Assembly: GCA_963696385.1 (NCBI GenBank)
Contig: CAVOKF010000004.1
Location: 576,001-640,000 of the forward strand
Length of the DNA stretch: 64,000 bases
Direction of reading: 5' to 3'
DNA from: an uncultured delta proteobacterium
GTDB taxonomy: Bacteria > Myxococcota_A > Polyangia > Polyangiales > Polyangiaceae
Positions 40,191 to 50,694 of this stretch are shown in pieces. Below the pieces are notes generated by a model, which had not been told where the DNA came from, made no database searches, and was given only the letters and a program-made list of their open reading frames with translations. The position numbers were made by a program, and so were the translations under genes. How positions within the stretch are numbered: the first letter of the stretch is position 1; each line of letters begins with the position of its first letter.

Positions 40191-42848
40191 ATGTCGTGGT
40201 TCGTCGCGCTCGAAGCGCTCGCGCAGCGCCGTGGCGGCGACGACGCTCGCACGATTGGCGGCAAGGCGGCGCGCCTCGTGTGGCTCGAGCGTCACGGATT
40301 CGAAGTCCCTACCGCGGTCGTTCTTCCGGCGGAAGCGTTCGCCCAAGCCATTCGCCAGCTACCGGCGGGTAACGAGCCAAAGTCGCTGCTTCGCGCTGCG
40401 ACGGGGCGGACAGGGCAACTGCGCGCGGCCGAGGCTCGGCAACAGATTCTGACCGTACCCTTTCCCAAAGGTCTTGAAGGGGAGCTGTCGGCGCTTTGGA
40501 CCGCGTTAGGCACACGAGCGCCATGGGGATTGGCCGTGCGATCGAGCGCAACCTGCGAGGACGGGGACCTCGTCTCGATGGCGGGGCTGGCCGACAGCGT
40601 TCTCGGCGTGCAATCGGGCGAAGCGCTGGCCACCGCCGTACGACAGGTGTGGTCGTCGATAGCGAGTGGACGCGCGCTCGCGTACCTCGCGGCCCACGGC
40701 GTGCGCGATGTCGGCATGGGCCTCGTGGTTCAAAGAATGGTCGAAGCGCGGGCCGCGGGCGTGATGTTCACGCGCGCGCCCGATGCTCGCGCCCGAGACC
40801 CCGTCGGGGCGGACGAGCGGATCGTCAACGTGGGATTCGGTCTGGGAGCGCCCGTCGTCAATGGCGTTACCACGCCTGACGTCCTTCGGATCGATTCGCA
40901 GGGGCGACTCACTGCTGCGCTCATCGCGCACAAGGCGCGGGCGACCGTCGTGCGCGACGGTCGCGTTCAGGAAATCGACGTGGAAGCCCCGGATGCGCCG
41001 GCCCTTGGGCCAGAGCGCATCGCACAGCTCGCGCGCCTCGCGGATCGACTCGAGAAACTCGAGCCGGTTGCCTGGGACGTGGAGTTCGCATGCGACGAAG
41101 ATCGCACCTGGATCGTTCAGGCCCGTCCGGCGACCGGCAGGGGATACCCCGAAGGCGGCCATGCCGACACGGTCTGGAGCAATGTCAACGTGGGCGAGGC
41201 CCTGCCCGGGGTCGCCACACCGTTTACATGGTCGGTGGCCGGCGCGTTCAGCGAGGCCGGGTTCCGCCGCGCATTTGCCGCACTGGGGTGCCGCGTTCCG
41301 AAGAACGCCCGTCTCGTCGCCAACGTCCATGGACGGTTCTACCTAAACCTCACTCATTTCATGCGCATCGCCGCGCAAGTGCCTTTTCTCGACCCGCGTA
41401 TGTTGGTCGAGCTCGGTGGGGGTGGCGGCGCCGACGAACTTGCGACCCAAGTAAGAGGCGTGAGCCGCCGGAGCTTCTACCTGCGCCTGCCGCTCACGGC
41501 ATCGCGACTGCTGCGCGAACAAATGCGACTCCACGATGACGTCACGTCGTTCGAAGCGTTCGCCGAGCGGCAATGGCGCGCCCAGAGCGCGCTCGATTTG
41601 GCAATTTTGCCGGACGAGGGGGTCGCCCGGCGCCTGCGCGACATCCAGGCGCTCCTCGAGCGGACGGGCACGATCATGCTCACGTGCGCGTCGAATACGC
41701 TGGGGACGCACCTGGTGCTCAAAGTCGTCCTTGACCGTATCGCACCGATCGACGCCGATCGACTGGCACAGTCGCTCACGAGCGGGATCCGCGATCTGGA
41801 GAGCGCTCGCCCGGGCATCGGAATCATGCACGTGGCCGCACTCGCTCTTCGCGAACCGGAGGCCCGCGCGGTCATTGAGCGTGAGTCGACCACCGGGGTC
41901 GACGCCGTTCCGGAGGGAGCCACCCGCCGCGCGCTGCAGAGCTTTCTCGAACTGTATGGCGACCGCGCGGTGCGGGAGGTCGAACTGTCGACACCCCGGT
42001 GGAAAGAAGATCCGCGCCCGGTTCTGAGGCTGCTTCGCGCCGCGCTACGCACGGACGCCGAGCGGGTCGAGAGCACGGTCGCCCGGACCAAGGCCCAAGC
42101 CGGAGCCGAGATGGAGAAGCTCGTTTCGACGCTGAACATCGCCCAACAGACCCTCGTTCGCCATCTGGTCGCTCGCGCACAGCGCGCGGCTCGCCTGCGG
42201 GAGCGGATGCGCACTTGGGTGACCCGCGTTCTCGGAATGCTGCGCGATGCCGCGCTCGACGCGGATCGCCGTCTGCTGCGGCGCGACCCCGAGCTCGACG
42301 CGGACTGGCGCAAGCTCGTCGAGGCCGGCTCGCCCTTCGCCAGTGTGCCGAGTTCCTTTTTGTTGACCATCGACGAAGTCGTCGGGGCGCTGCGCGCTCC
42401 GCGCGCCGACCTCGTCCTCCTCGTTCGCTCGCGCCGGGCCGAGCTCGCGCGCGATCAGGCGCGGCCGGACCCGCCAGCAACGTTCGTGGGCTCGCCTCCC
42501 CCGGTCGTACTGCCACCGTCGGTCGGACCCGTCTTGCGCGGGCTGCCTGCCAGCCCGGGGGTGGTGGAAGGCAAGGCCCGCGTTCTACTCCGAGAGGATG
42601 AGATGGACGAGCTTCAGCCGGGTGAAATCCTGGTTGTGCATACGACCGACGTGGGGTGGACACCGCTTTTTCTCGTGGCTGCCGGGGTGGTCACGGAGCT
42701 CGGTGGCCCGCTGTCGCACGCGGCGGTGGTTGCGCGCGAGTTCGGGGTTCCAAGCGTGGTCAACGTCGTCGGGGCGACGCGCGCGATTCGGGTCGGCGAC
42801 GTCCTTCGGGTCGATGGCGACCGAGGCACGGTCGAGCAACTGCGATGA
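40191..42848 (+). CDS. PEP-utilising enzyme with rifampin-phosphotransferase-like architecture
   Basis: ATP-grasp (GGKA, VRSSA..ED, QARP), large central domain, swivel His domain (GGPLSHAAVVAREFG). Confidence 0.85.
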   Translation: MSWFVALEALAQRRGGDDARTIGGKAARLVWLERHGFEVPTAVVLPAEAFAQAIRQLPAGNEPKSLLRAATGRTGQLRAAEARQQILTVPFPKGLEGELSALWTALGTRAPWGLAVRSSATCEDGDLVSMAGLADSVLGVQSGEALATAVRQVWSSIASGRALAYLAAHGVRDVGMGLVVQRMVEARAAGVMFTRAPDARARDPVGADERIVNVGFGLGAPVVNGVTTPDVLRIDSQGRLTAALIAHKARATVVRDGRVQEIDVEAPDAPALGPERIAQLARLADRLEKLEPVAWDVEFACDEDRTWIVQARPATGRGYPEGGHADTVWSNVNVGEALPGVATPFTWSVAGAFSEAGFRRAFAALGCRVPKNARLVANVHGRFYLNLTHFMRIAAQVPFLDPRMLVELGGGGGADELATQVRGVSRRSFYLRLPLTASRLLREQMRLHDDVTSFEAFAERQWRAQSALDLAILPDEGVARRLRDIQALLERTGTIMLTCASNTLGTHLVLKVVLDRIAPIDADRLAQSLTSGIRDLESARPGIGIMHVAALALREPEARAVIERESTTGVDAVPEGATRRALQSFLELYGDRAVREVELSTPRWKEDPRPVLRLLRAALRTDAERVESTVARTKAQAGAEMEKLVSTLNIAQQTLVRHLVARAQRAARLRERMRTWVTRVLGMLRDAALDADRRLLRRDPELDADWRKLVEAGSPFASVPSSFLLTIDEVVGALRAPRADLVLLVRSRRAELARDQARPDPPATFVGSPPPVVLPPSVGPVLRGLPASPGVVEGKARVLLREDEMDELQPGEILVVHTTDVGWTPLFLVAAGVVTELGGPLSHAAVVAREFGVPSVVNVVGATRAIRVGDVLRVDGDRGTVEQLR

Positions 42849-42878
42849 TCGTGAGCGCACGCTGGCGCGAGGCCGGCT

Positions 42879-43838
<960 letters not shown>

Positions 43839-44378
43839 GGGCGCGCGCCGACCAGCCGCGTCGATCGATCGACATGGGCCGTGTCTTCGATGCGGGAAGC
43901 GCGCCGGAAATCGACATTTCGCCCGCGCCGCCGGACCCGCGACCGATGGCCGAACGGTTCCAGTGGGTTTTCGATCTGCGCTGGGATCGCGGGGACGTCT
44001 GGTTGCTCGGGATTCGCACGATGGACCTTCTCAGTCCGCAACCGACGCCCCGGGTGATGGGGCGTTTTGCGCTCGAGCTCTTCGAGGGTCCGACACTCGT
44101 CGAGCGAGTCCGCTTCGACTTCCCGCTGCTTGCGTTGCCCGACGCGAGCGATGCCGGAGCGGCTCAAGGTCCCGCACTCACGCCGAAACTGCGCACACGC
44201 ATCGGAGTTGTCTTTCCCGCGACCTCGCGGGGCACTCGCTTGGACCTTTTGGACCGAGCGACGGGACGTCGTTGGTCGTTGCCGTGGCCCATCGCCGCCA
44301 CTGAACACCCGGCCCCAGCCACGCGGCCCTCGCAGTCTCGAGTGAACGGCACGAGCCCTTGACCTAAGATATCTCCCG

Positions 44379-46079
44379 ATGAAGTGCTCTTCGTGTCAGA
44401 GCCCGATCGACGGATCGCAGCGCTTTTGCCCGTCGTGCGGCGCTACGGTGACCGGATCGTCGCCGGGCGGAACCTCCGGCGCCCCGTTGATTGGGCAGAA
44501 CCTGGGTGGCAAGTATCGCGTCGTCCGGCTTATCGGTGAGGGGGGAATGGGGGCGGTTTACGAGGGAGAGCAACTGCTCGGCAGCGCGAAGCGCAGGGTC
44601 GCCGTCAAGACACTCCACGCTCACATGTCGCGCGACCCGAACCTGGAAGCCCGCTTCGAACGCGAGGTGGCGACAATCGCAGAGCTCGAGCACCCCAATA
44701 CGATTCAGGTTTACGACTTCGGCTCGACGCCGCAGGGCGTTCTGTACATCGTCATGGAATTCCTGCACGGAGCGAACCTCTCGCAACGTCTTGTCGCTGA
44801 GGGCGCCATGGCTCCAGATCGCGCCACACACGTTCTCGAGCAAGTCTGCGGTTCGCTCGAAGAAGCGCATGGGCGCGGCATCGTCCACCGAGACTTGAAG
44901 CCCGACAACGTCGTTCTTGTGGAACGTGCGGGACAGAAGGACTTCGTGAAAGTGCTCGACTTTGGAATCGCAAAGCGCGCTCGCGAACCGGACGGCAAAG
45001 AGCAGAAGCTCACCGGGCAAGGCATGGTCCTCGGGACGCCGCCGTACATGAGCCCGGAACAGTTCACGGCGCGTCCCATCGACGCGCGCAGCGACATTTA
45101 TTCGCTGGGAGTGCTTGCCTACGAGACGCTCACCGGCAAGCTCCCGTTCAAGGCGGACACGGCGTGGGAGTGGGCCGCGCAACACATGACGCAGCCGCCC
45201 ACTCCGATCGAGTCGCTTGCCGAGGGAGGGCGTGTTCCTTCGTTCATGCGCAGCGCCATCGCGCGGGCGTTGGCCAAGTCGCCCGAAGATCGCTTCCAGA
45301 CGGTGCGCGAATTCATCGACGTGTTCGCCGGAAGGACCGGGGTCGCGCCCGAAGCGGCTGCGGAGACGCCACCCCGCCCGAGGACAGAGCTGAGCTCGCC
45401 CCTCGACGTCGCCGCGGCCATCCGCCCATCCGCCGTGATGTACACGCCCACGAGCGGCAATATGTCACTTTCGACGCCCGTGCGAGTTCCCGTGCTGGAA
45501 CCCCCCGCCGAGCCATCCGCGAAGGGGAGTGGGGGCCGCGCGACGCTGTTGGCCGCGGCGGCCGTTGTGGGCGTCGCCAGTTTTGCGGCGATTGCTTACG
45601 CGGTCCACGCAGGCGTCGGTCACGGCAACGCCCCCGTCGTTCTCCGCGACGACCCCTCGTCGACTGTGCCCGCGACATCCATTGCGCCCGCTGCGCTGAC
45701 GCCGGATACGCCCCCAAGTGCGGATAACGGGGCGGACATCCCGCCTCTCAGCCACGGCGGAGGAGCGCCGCAACCACATGCGACCGCCCACTCGACGCCG
45801 ATTCCGTCGTCCGTCCCGCGCGCCGAGCCGGGGGCATCCGTGGTCGCGGGCGCATCGGTCGCCACGCCTATGGCTCCCGCGACGCTCGCTGTCCCGTCGG
45901 CCCCCCAGCCGCCGCCGGCGGCCGCCCCACCGACGCCGGCGTTGCGCACACCGGCTTTGCCGTCGGGTCGATACGACGGCCCCGAGTGCCAGAAAGCTCG
46001 TGTGCTCAAGGGTTTTGGTCGGCACAAGGAGGCACAGAGCTGGACGCTCGCCTGTCTCGCGAAAGGTGGCATTCCCTAA
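44379..46079 (+). CDS. Membrane Ser/Thr protein kinase with N-terminal zinc ribbon
   Basis: CxxC..CPxCG; GEGGMG, VAVK, HRDLKPDN, DFG, GTPPYMSPE; TM; Pro-rich tail. Confidence 0.95.
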   Translation: MKCSSCQSPIDGSQRFCPSCGATVTGSSPGGTSGAPLIGQNLGGKYRVVRLIGEGGMGAVYEGEQLLGSAKRRVAVKTLHAHMSRDPNLEARFEREVATIAELEHPNTIQVYDFGSTPQGVLYIVMEFLHGANLSQRLVAEGAMAPDRATHVLEQVCGSLEEAHGRGIVHRDLKPDNVVLVERAGQKDFVKVLDFGIAKRAREPDGKEQKLTGQGMVLGTPPYMSPEQFTARPIDARSDIYSLGVLAYETLTGKLPFKADTAWEWAAQHMTQPPTPIESLAEGGRVPSFMRSAIARALAKSPEDRFQTVREFIDVFAGRTGVAPEAAAETPPRPRTELSSPLDVAAAIRPSAVMYTPTSGNMSLSTPVRVPVLEPPAEPSAKGSGGRATLLAAAAVVGVASFAAIAYAVHAGVGHGNAPVVLRDDPSSTVPATSIAPAALTPDTPPSADNGADIPPLSHGGGAPQPHATAHSTPIPSSVPRAEPGASVVAGASVATPMAPATLAVPSAPQPPPAAAPPTPALRTPALPSGRYDGPECQKARVLKGFGRHKEAQSWTLACLAKGGIP

Positions 46080-46095
46080 CCAATTCGCGGGAGAG

Positions 46096-46130
46096 CTCGG
46101 CAGCTCGAGAAAACTCGGCCGCTCGAGAAA
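46096..46130 (+). repeat. Tandem 17-bp direct repeat (18-bp period), possible operator
   Basis: CTCGGCAGCTCGAGAAA / CTCGGCCGCTCGAGAAA, one mismatch. Confidence 0.55.
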
Positions 46131-46184
46131 GAACGTCGCTGTGACAGCAGTAGACGTCGGGCGAGACGATGCTAGATTGACAGT

Positions 46185-46433
46185 GTGGACGTAGTCCTTC
46201 GAAAGCTCGGAAAGGGCGCGCGGTCCGTGGCGGGGCGCCTGGTTCGAGCACCTCGCAAGGGCTCGGTGGTCGTGATCGAATTTCCCGACGGTATGCACGA
46301 ATACGTGACCACCCCCGTCAAACGCGTGCTGCGGCTCGCCGGCCGCGAGGTCTTCTACATCGAGACCATAAACAGCCGATATCGCCTCGAAGTTCGAGGA
46401 CGAGAGGCTGCGGCGGTCGAAGGTACCGGCTGA
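46185..46433 (+). CDS. Small hypothetical protein (82 aa)
   Basis: Beta-rich; TTPVKRV, ETINSRY; extended -10 TGCTAGATT 6 nt upstream. Confidence 0.75.
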   Translation: MDVVLRKLGKGARSVAGRLVRAPRKGSVVVIEFPDGMHEYVTTPVKRVLRLAGREVFYIETINSRYRLEVRGREAAAVEGTG

Positions 46434-46530
46434 GCGGCGCGCCCGACGCCCGCGCGACACGAGCCGATTCGGCGCTCTCTTCCTTCGAAGCGCTTGACGC
46501 TCCATGCAGCGCGGGGTCATCTTGCGCGCA

Positions 46531-46725
46531 GTGGGAAAGCACGACCGACGGAATTCCGGAAAAACGCGGCGCCTCAAGGGGCAGGTCAAGAAGAAGGCCC
46601 GGCTCAAGCGTCAGGCGCAAGAGCGCAAAGCGGCCGCTGGGCCCGGCGCGAAGAAAGCTGCGGCTCCGAAGCGCCCTTCCAAGGCTGCTGCGGCGTCGGC
46701 CATCGCAGAGAAACTCGGATCCTGA
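46531..46725 (+). CDS. Small basic Lys/Ala-rich protein (64 aa)
   Basis: GTG start, GKHDRRNSGK...; TTGACG at 46494 upstream. Confidence 0.6.
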   Translation: MGKHDRRNSGKTRRLKGQVKKKARLKRQAQERKAAAGPGAKKAAAPKRPSKAAAASAIAEKLGS

Positions 46726-46866
46726 TCCCAGCGGTTCGCCGAGCGAGAGGCGCGACGGCCGAGTCGCGTCCCTCGGGGGTCCGTTTCCTGCTTCGCGAGC
46801 ACGTTCGGTTTTCGCTCAGTCAGGCATCGCCGGCGAGCCAGCAGGACTCCTCATGGTGGTTTGGGT

Positions 46867-47361
46867 TTAGTTCGACGTTCCAGCCAAATGGACCGTTGGA
46901 AACTGCGCGGGCGGCTTTGGCCCGGGCGGCTCTTCAAAGACGACGGGCTCTCCAAGGAGACCGATATCGCCATCGACTCGTTGCTCGGCGACCAGCTGCC
47001 ACCCGTTCGTGTCGTGCCAACTCTGCTTCAGCGTCGTGGTCCGTAGTTCCTGCTCTTCCGGCCGGTACCACTCCACGTGGACCAGAACCTCGGCGTCATG
47101 GCTACCCTTCGGATGCAGTCCCTGAAGCTCGACCTCGGCAATGCGGACCTTGGAGCCCCATGCTCGGTGGTGGGCGATGAAGTCCTGCCGCGCGGACGCG
47201 GCCACTTTCTCCGCGGCGAGCTCATTTCTCCCATAGCGGGTGTTCACGTTGAACTCCTGTGCGGTTTCTTGAGCGCGAGCCATCGGGCTCGGCAGCGCAG
47301 AACACCCGGCGACGGGAAACAAAAGCAAAGCGACGAGAGCGGCTTCCGCGAAGATGCGCAT
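46867..47361 (-). CDS. Hypothetical lipoprotein (NTF2-like)
   Basis: VAGC lipobox; alternating beta pattern, QSW....GWQL. Confidence 0.7.
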   Translation of the reverse strand: MRIFAEAALVALLLFPVAGCSALPSPMARAQETAQEFNVNTRYGRNELAAEKVAASARQDFIAHHRAWGSKVRIAEVELQGLHPKGSHDAEVLVHVEWYRPEEQELRTTTLKQSWHDTNGWQLVAEQRVDGDIGLLGEPVVFEEPPGPKPPAQFPTVHLAGTSN

Positions 47362-47503
47362 GGACCTTTCCGCAAAACATGGTGCCACGGGATGGGCCAA
47401 GTTGCTCGTTGCCGAATCTGGGTCGTGATTACCGGGCGGATTTCGGCCATCGACGAGCCATCCGAACGAGGATCGAGAGAGGCGCCGGCGAGCCGGACAC
47501 ATC

Positions 47504-50488
47504 CTAGAAGGGGACCGCGGCCACGAAATACGTCTTGTTGATCCCGCCGCTCGCGAGACCCCGCGCGTAGCCGGTCCGGAACGTAAACCCCAAAATGTAT
47601 CCGAGCGTTAAATCGTACCAGAGCTCACCGCCGACTCCGGTCTTGAATTGGGCGCTGGCCGCGTCGTTGAAAGCGCTGCCGTAATCGACGAACGCCGCGC
47701 CGTTGATTCGATTCAGAAATAGGGGCAGGGTCGATGGGCCTCGATCGACGTTCACGATCGGAAAGCGATACTCGGCGTTGAAGAGCGCGTAATCTTGGCC
47801 CGTCTCCGCGACGACGGGGTAGCCGCGCAGCACGATGCCCCCCTGTACGAGCGAGTTTTGGACGATATTGATCACCGGAAAGTCGACGAATCCACCCACA
47901 TAGAACGGCCCTTCGCCTCCCATGTTGCCCCCGCTCACGCCGCCGCCGACGTGGAGTGCCAAGTTGTGGTGCTGGAGCCATGGGATGGGCAAGTAGGTCG
48001 CGAAATTGAACTGCGCTGCGTAGCCTTGAAATTGGCTGCCGATCGCGGGGTCCGACACGTCGAGCGTCGCCCCGACGTCGAACCCTATCTCGTTGGCCAC
48101 GCTCCACAGATACCCTGTCGCATTCGAATAACTCCACCCGAGGTGGAGTGTGGCGAGCAGGCCGCGCCCCGGAAGGCTCGGTGCATTGTACGGGTTGAGC
48201 AGGTCCAAAGGCAGAGGAAGCTCGCCTGCCACGCGTGTCGCCCCATAGGTCAAATTGAACGACTGAGAATCGTACGCGTGCAGGATCGAATACCCGATTC
48301 CCGTGCTGCCGCCTGCCGCCTCCTGGATCCACGGAACCGTTGTGCCGCCGAGCTGGTAGTTGCTCTGCGGCGTGATTTGCCGGAAGACGGTAACGCCCAA
48401 GTCGAACGGCAGCCGAGTGTAGTCGTAACTGAAACTCCCCTCGAACTCGGGGTGGGACCACTCGGTCGTCAAGCTGGCAGCAAAACTGTGCGTTGCCGCG
48501 ATGTCGCTCCCGGAGATTGAGACGATGCTGGACTCGCCGAAATTTCCGGGTGTGATCTGAACCGAGTAGTTGTGCGGTCGGATCGTAGGCCACGGATTGT
48601 ACGCGTGCGACGGAAACGATTGTGGAGGTGGATCGGCCGGGGGCGCGGGTCGCGTCTCTTCGTAAGGCAGCGCGTCGAGCCACTGGGACTCGTCGAGCGC
48701 CATGACGAAGACATCGTAGCCCGAGTGCGTGTAGCCGACGTATGCGAGCCACTTTCCGTCCGGCGACGGCTCCGGCTGGTATGCGCCATTGATGACGTTG
48801 GTCACCTGCTTGAGCCGGCCCGTCGCGATTTCGTACGCATAAACGTTCGTGACTCCGGTTCGATCGGAGTGAAAGTAAAGCCAGTGTCCGTCCGGCGAGA
48901 ACACGGGGTCGCCGTCGATGGCACGGTCGTGAGTCACTTGCACAAAGGAGCCGTCGAACGTGTCCACGATACGCACGTCCCGGTAGCCCCCTCGTTCCCA
49001 CGACGAATAGGCGAGGTGGCGTCCGTCAGGTGCCCAGCGCGGCGTGAACGCCTGGTCGAATCGTGCGCTCGGCACGAGCACGCGGGCCTTGGCGATCGCG
49101 TGCACTCCCGCCACATCGGGCGATGAGACGGCGTCTGCCAGCATGAGGTAGGTCGTTCCGCGATGGTTCGTGGTGAATGCGACGCGACGACCGTCCGGAG
49201 AGACGCTCGGGTCGATCGCGCGCCACCCATCCGTCCAGCGCACACGTCGTCCCTCCAGCCCGCTCGGGCTCCGTTCGTGAGGGGGAAGCTCGAAGAGATC
49301 GTCGAACAAGAATAAGTTCTCGTGCACCTCGCCCGTGCTGAACACTGCGGCGCCATCCGGCATGAACGACAGTCCCCCGACGCCGTCCATCCGTATGAGC
49401 AGTTCCCGATCCTGTTCGCGCGCGCCCACGACCGCGCCTTGCGGATTGCGGACCAACGGCAACGCCCAATACCCGGGCAGAGTGTGGCCGTCGTCGACGT
49501 AAAATACGAGATCGCCGGCATGACCCGTCCAGGCATTCGAGGGTGCCCAGCGGGGATGTTCGACGGTGTTGCCCGTATGGGTGACTCGAACCCCCTCGCG
49601 CAGTCCCCGCTCGCGAATGGCGTCGACTTCGGCGCCGAACGTGCGCGCCAGCGAAGCGATCCAAGCGGGGAACAATTCTTCGAACGTTCGACCCGTGACC
49701 CGCCGGATCGACCGATTGATGCTGTACGGGATCAGCTGATGCCCGTAGTCATCGATCATCGCGCGGATCGCTTGCTCACCGTACGTTTCGGCGAGCCACT
49801 GCATGAAGAAGGAACCGTATAGGTACCAGATGTTGCCTTGCGGCCACCGGCGTGGTTGATTCGAGAATACGTCGAGCGGGGCGACGTTCGATTCGAGGAT
49901 ATCCGCGCGCATCCACATGTTCCACATGGACGACCGCAGTCGCCCTCCGCTGGTTCGCGCGCTTTCCTCGAAAACCGCGAGCCCTTCGAGAAGCCAGCGG
50001 GGCTGTGCCTGATTCGGCGCGAGCGTCTTGCCGAGGACCCGGTTGACCAGCGCTGGCAGTCCCACGATGTGATCCGTGTGTAGAATGTGGGTGTATTCGT
50101 GCGTAATGAGTTCGAGATACCAGTCGTCGACGTCGCCCAGAGGCGACATATCGTCTGGCGCGGTTACGTAGAGCGTGATGGCATCGTAGGGCAGGGCTGT
50201 CGCCGAGCCGTTTGCGCTATCCGTTTGGTCGGTGATCACCACCTCGGTTCGTTCGCTCGGCGCCCAACCAACCGCTGGCAGCAGCCGCACGTATACCGAT
50301 TCCGCGAGAGTCGCGACGCGCTGCGCGATTTCATCCTCAGTCGAGTAATACGTGATTCGGAAGTGGGGCGTTTCGAGCGACTTCCAAAGCAGCTTCGGAT
50401 CGCCCGTCGCGTTCGCCGTCCGCGCGTGGACAAGCAAAGCAATCGCAGCGAGAGCCGCGGCGAGATAGGCGACGAAGCGACGGAGCAA
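47504..50488 (-). CDS. Zincin peptidase + TolB/PD40 propeller + Omp85-type barrel protein
   Basis: Signal peptide; HEYTH + WLLEGLA; SPDG repeats; LRGY, NAEYRFP, FVDYG; terminal Phe. Confidence 0.82.
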   Translation of the reverse strand: MLRRFVAYLAAALAAIALLVHARTANATGDPKLLWKSLETPHFRITYYSTEDEIAQRVATLAESVYVRLLPAVGWAPSERTEVVITDQTDSANGSATALPYDAITLYVTAPDDMSPLGDVDDWYLELITHEYTHILHTDHIVGLPALVNRVLGKTLAPNQAQPRWLLEGLAVFEESARTSGGRLRSSMWNMWMRADILESNVAPLDVFSNQPRRWPQGNIWYLYGSFFMQWLAETYGEQAIRAMIDDYGHQLIPYSINRSIRRVTGRTFEELFPAWIASLARTFGAEVDAIRERGLREGVRVTHTGNTVEHPRWAPSNAWTGHAGDLVFYVDDGHTLPGYWALPLVRNPQGAVVGAREQDRELLIRMDGVGGLSFMPDGAAVFSTGEVHENLFLFDDLFELPPHERSPSGLEGRRVRWTDGWRAIDPSVSPDGRRVAFTTNHRGTTYLMLADAVSSPDVAGVHAIAKARVLVPSARFDQAFTPRWAPDGRHLAYSSWERGGYRDVRIVDTFDGSFVQVTHDRAIDGDPVFSPDGHWLYFHSDRTGVTNVYAYEIATGRLKQVTNVINGAYQPEPSPDGKWLAYVGYTHSGYDVFVMALDESQWLDALPYEETRPAPPADPPPQSFPSHAYNPWPTIRPHNYSVQITPGNFGESSIVSISGSDIAATHSFAASLTTEWSHPEFEGSFSYDYTRLPFDLGVTVFRQITPQSNYQLGGTTVPWIQEAAGGSTGIGYSILHAYDSQSFNLTYGATRVAGELPLPLDLLNPYNAPSLPGRGLLATLHLGWSYSNATGYLWSVANEIGFDVGATLDVSDPAIGSQFQGYAAQFNFATYLPIPWLQHHNLALHVGGGVSGGNMGGEGPFYVGGFVDFPVINIVQNSLVQGGIVLRGYPVVAETGQDYALFNAEYRFPIVNVDRGPSTLPLFLNRINGAAFVDYGSAFNDAASAQFKTGVGGELWYDLTLGYILGFTFRTGYARGLASGGINKTYFVAAVPF

Positions 50489-50694
50489 GTCCCGCTAGAC
50501 TAGAGCACCTTTCCCCGCCGTTGATTAGGCCGTCTTGGGGCCGTCGTGGTTGCCGCCCCCCCCGAGCAGGGCTTGGCCCTCGGGCACCGGGTCAAAGCGA
50601 TCCTGCCGTGAGCCTCGCTCGACACGATCCGCCACGCCGCTCGACCCCGCGGCCAAGCCAACTTACGAATCGATGGATCGGTGCGGCATCGGGC

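Noticed and set aside
47371..47387. Sigma54-like TGGCAC...TTGC on the minus strand upstream of the lipoprotein gene
   Set aside because: GG-to-GC spacing is 11 nt rather than the required 10.
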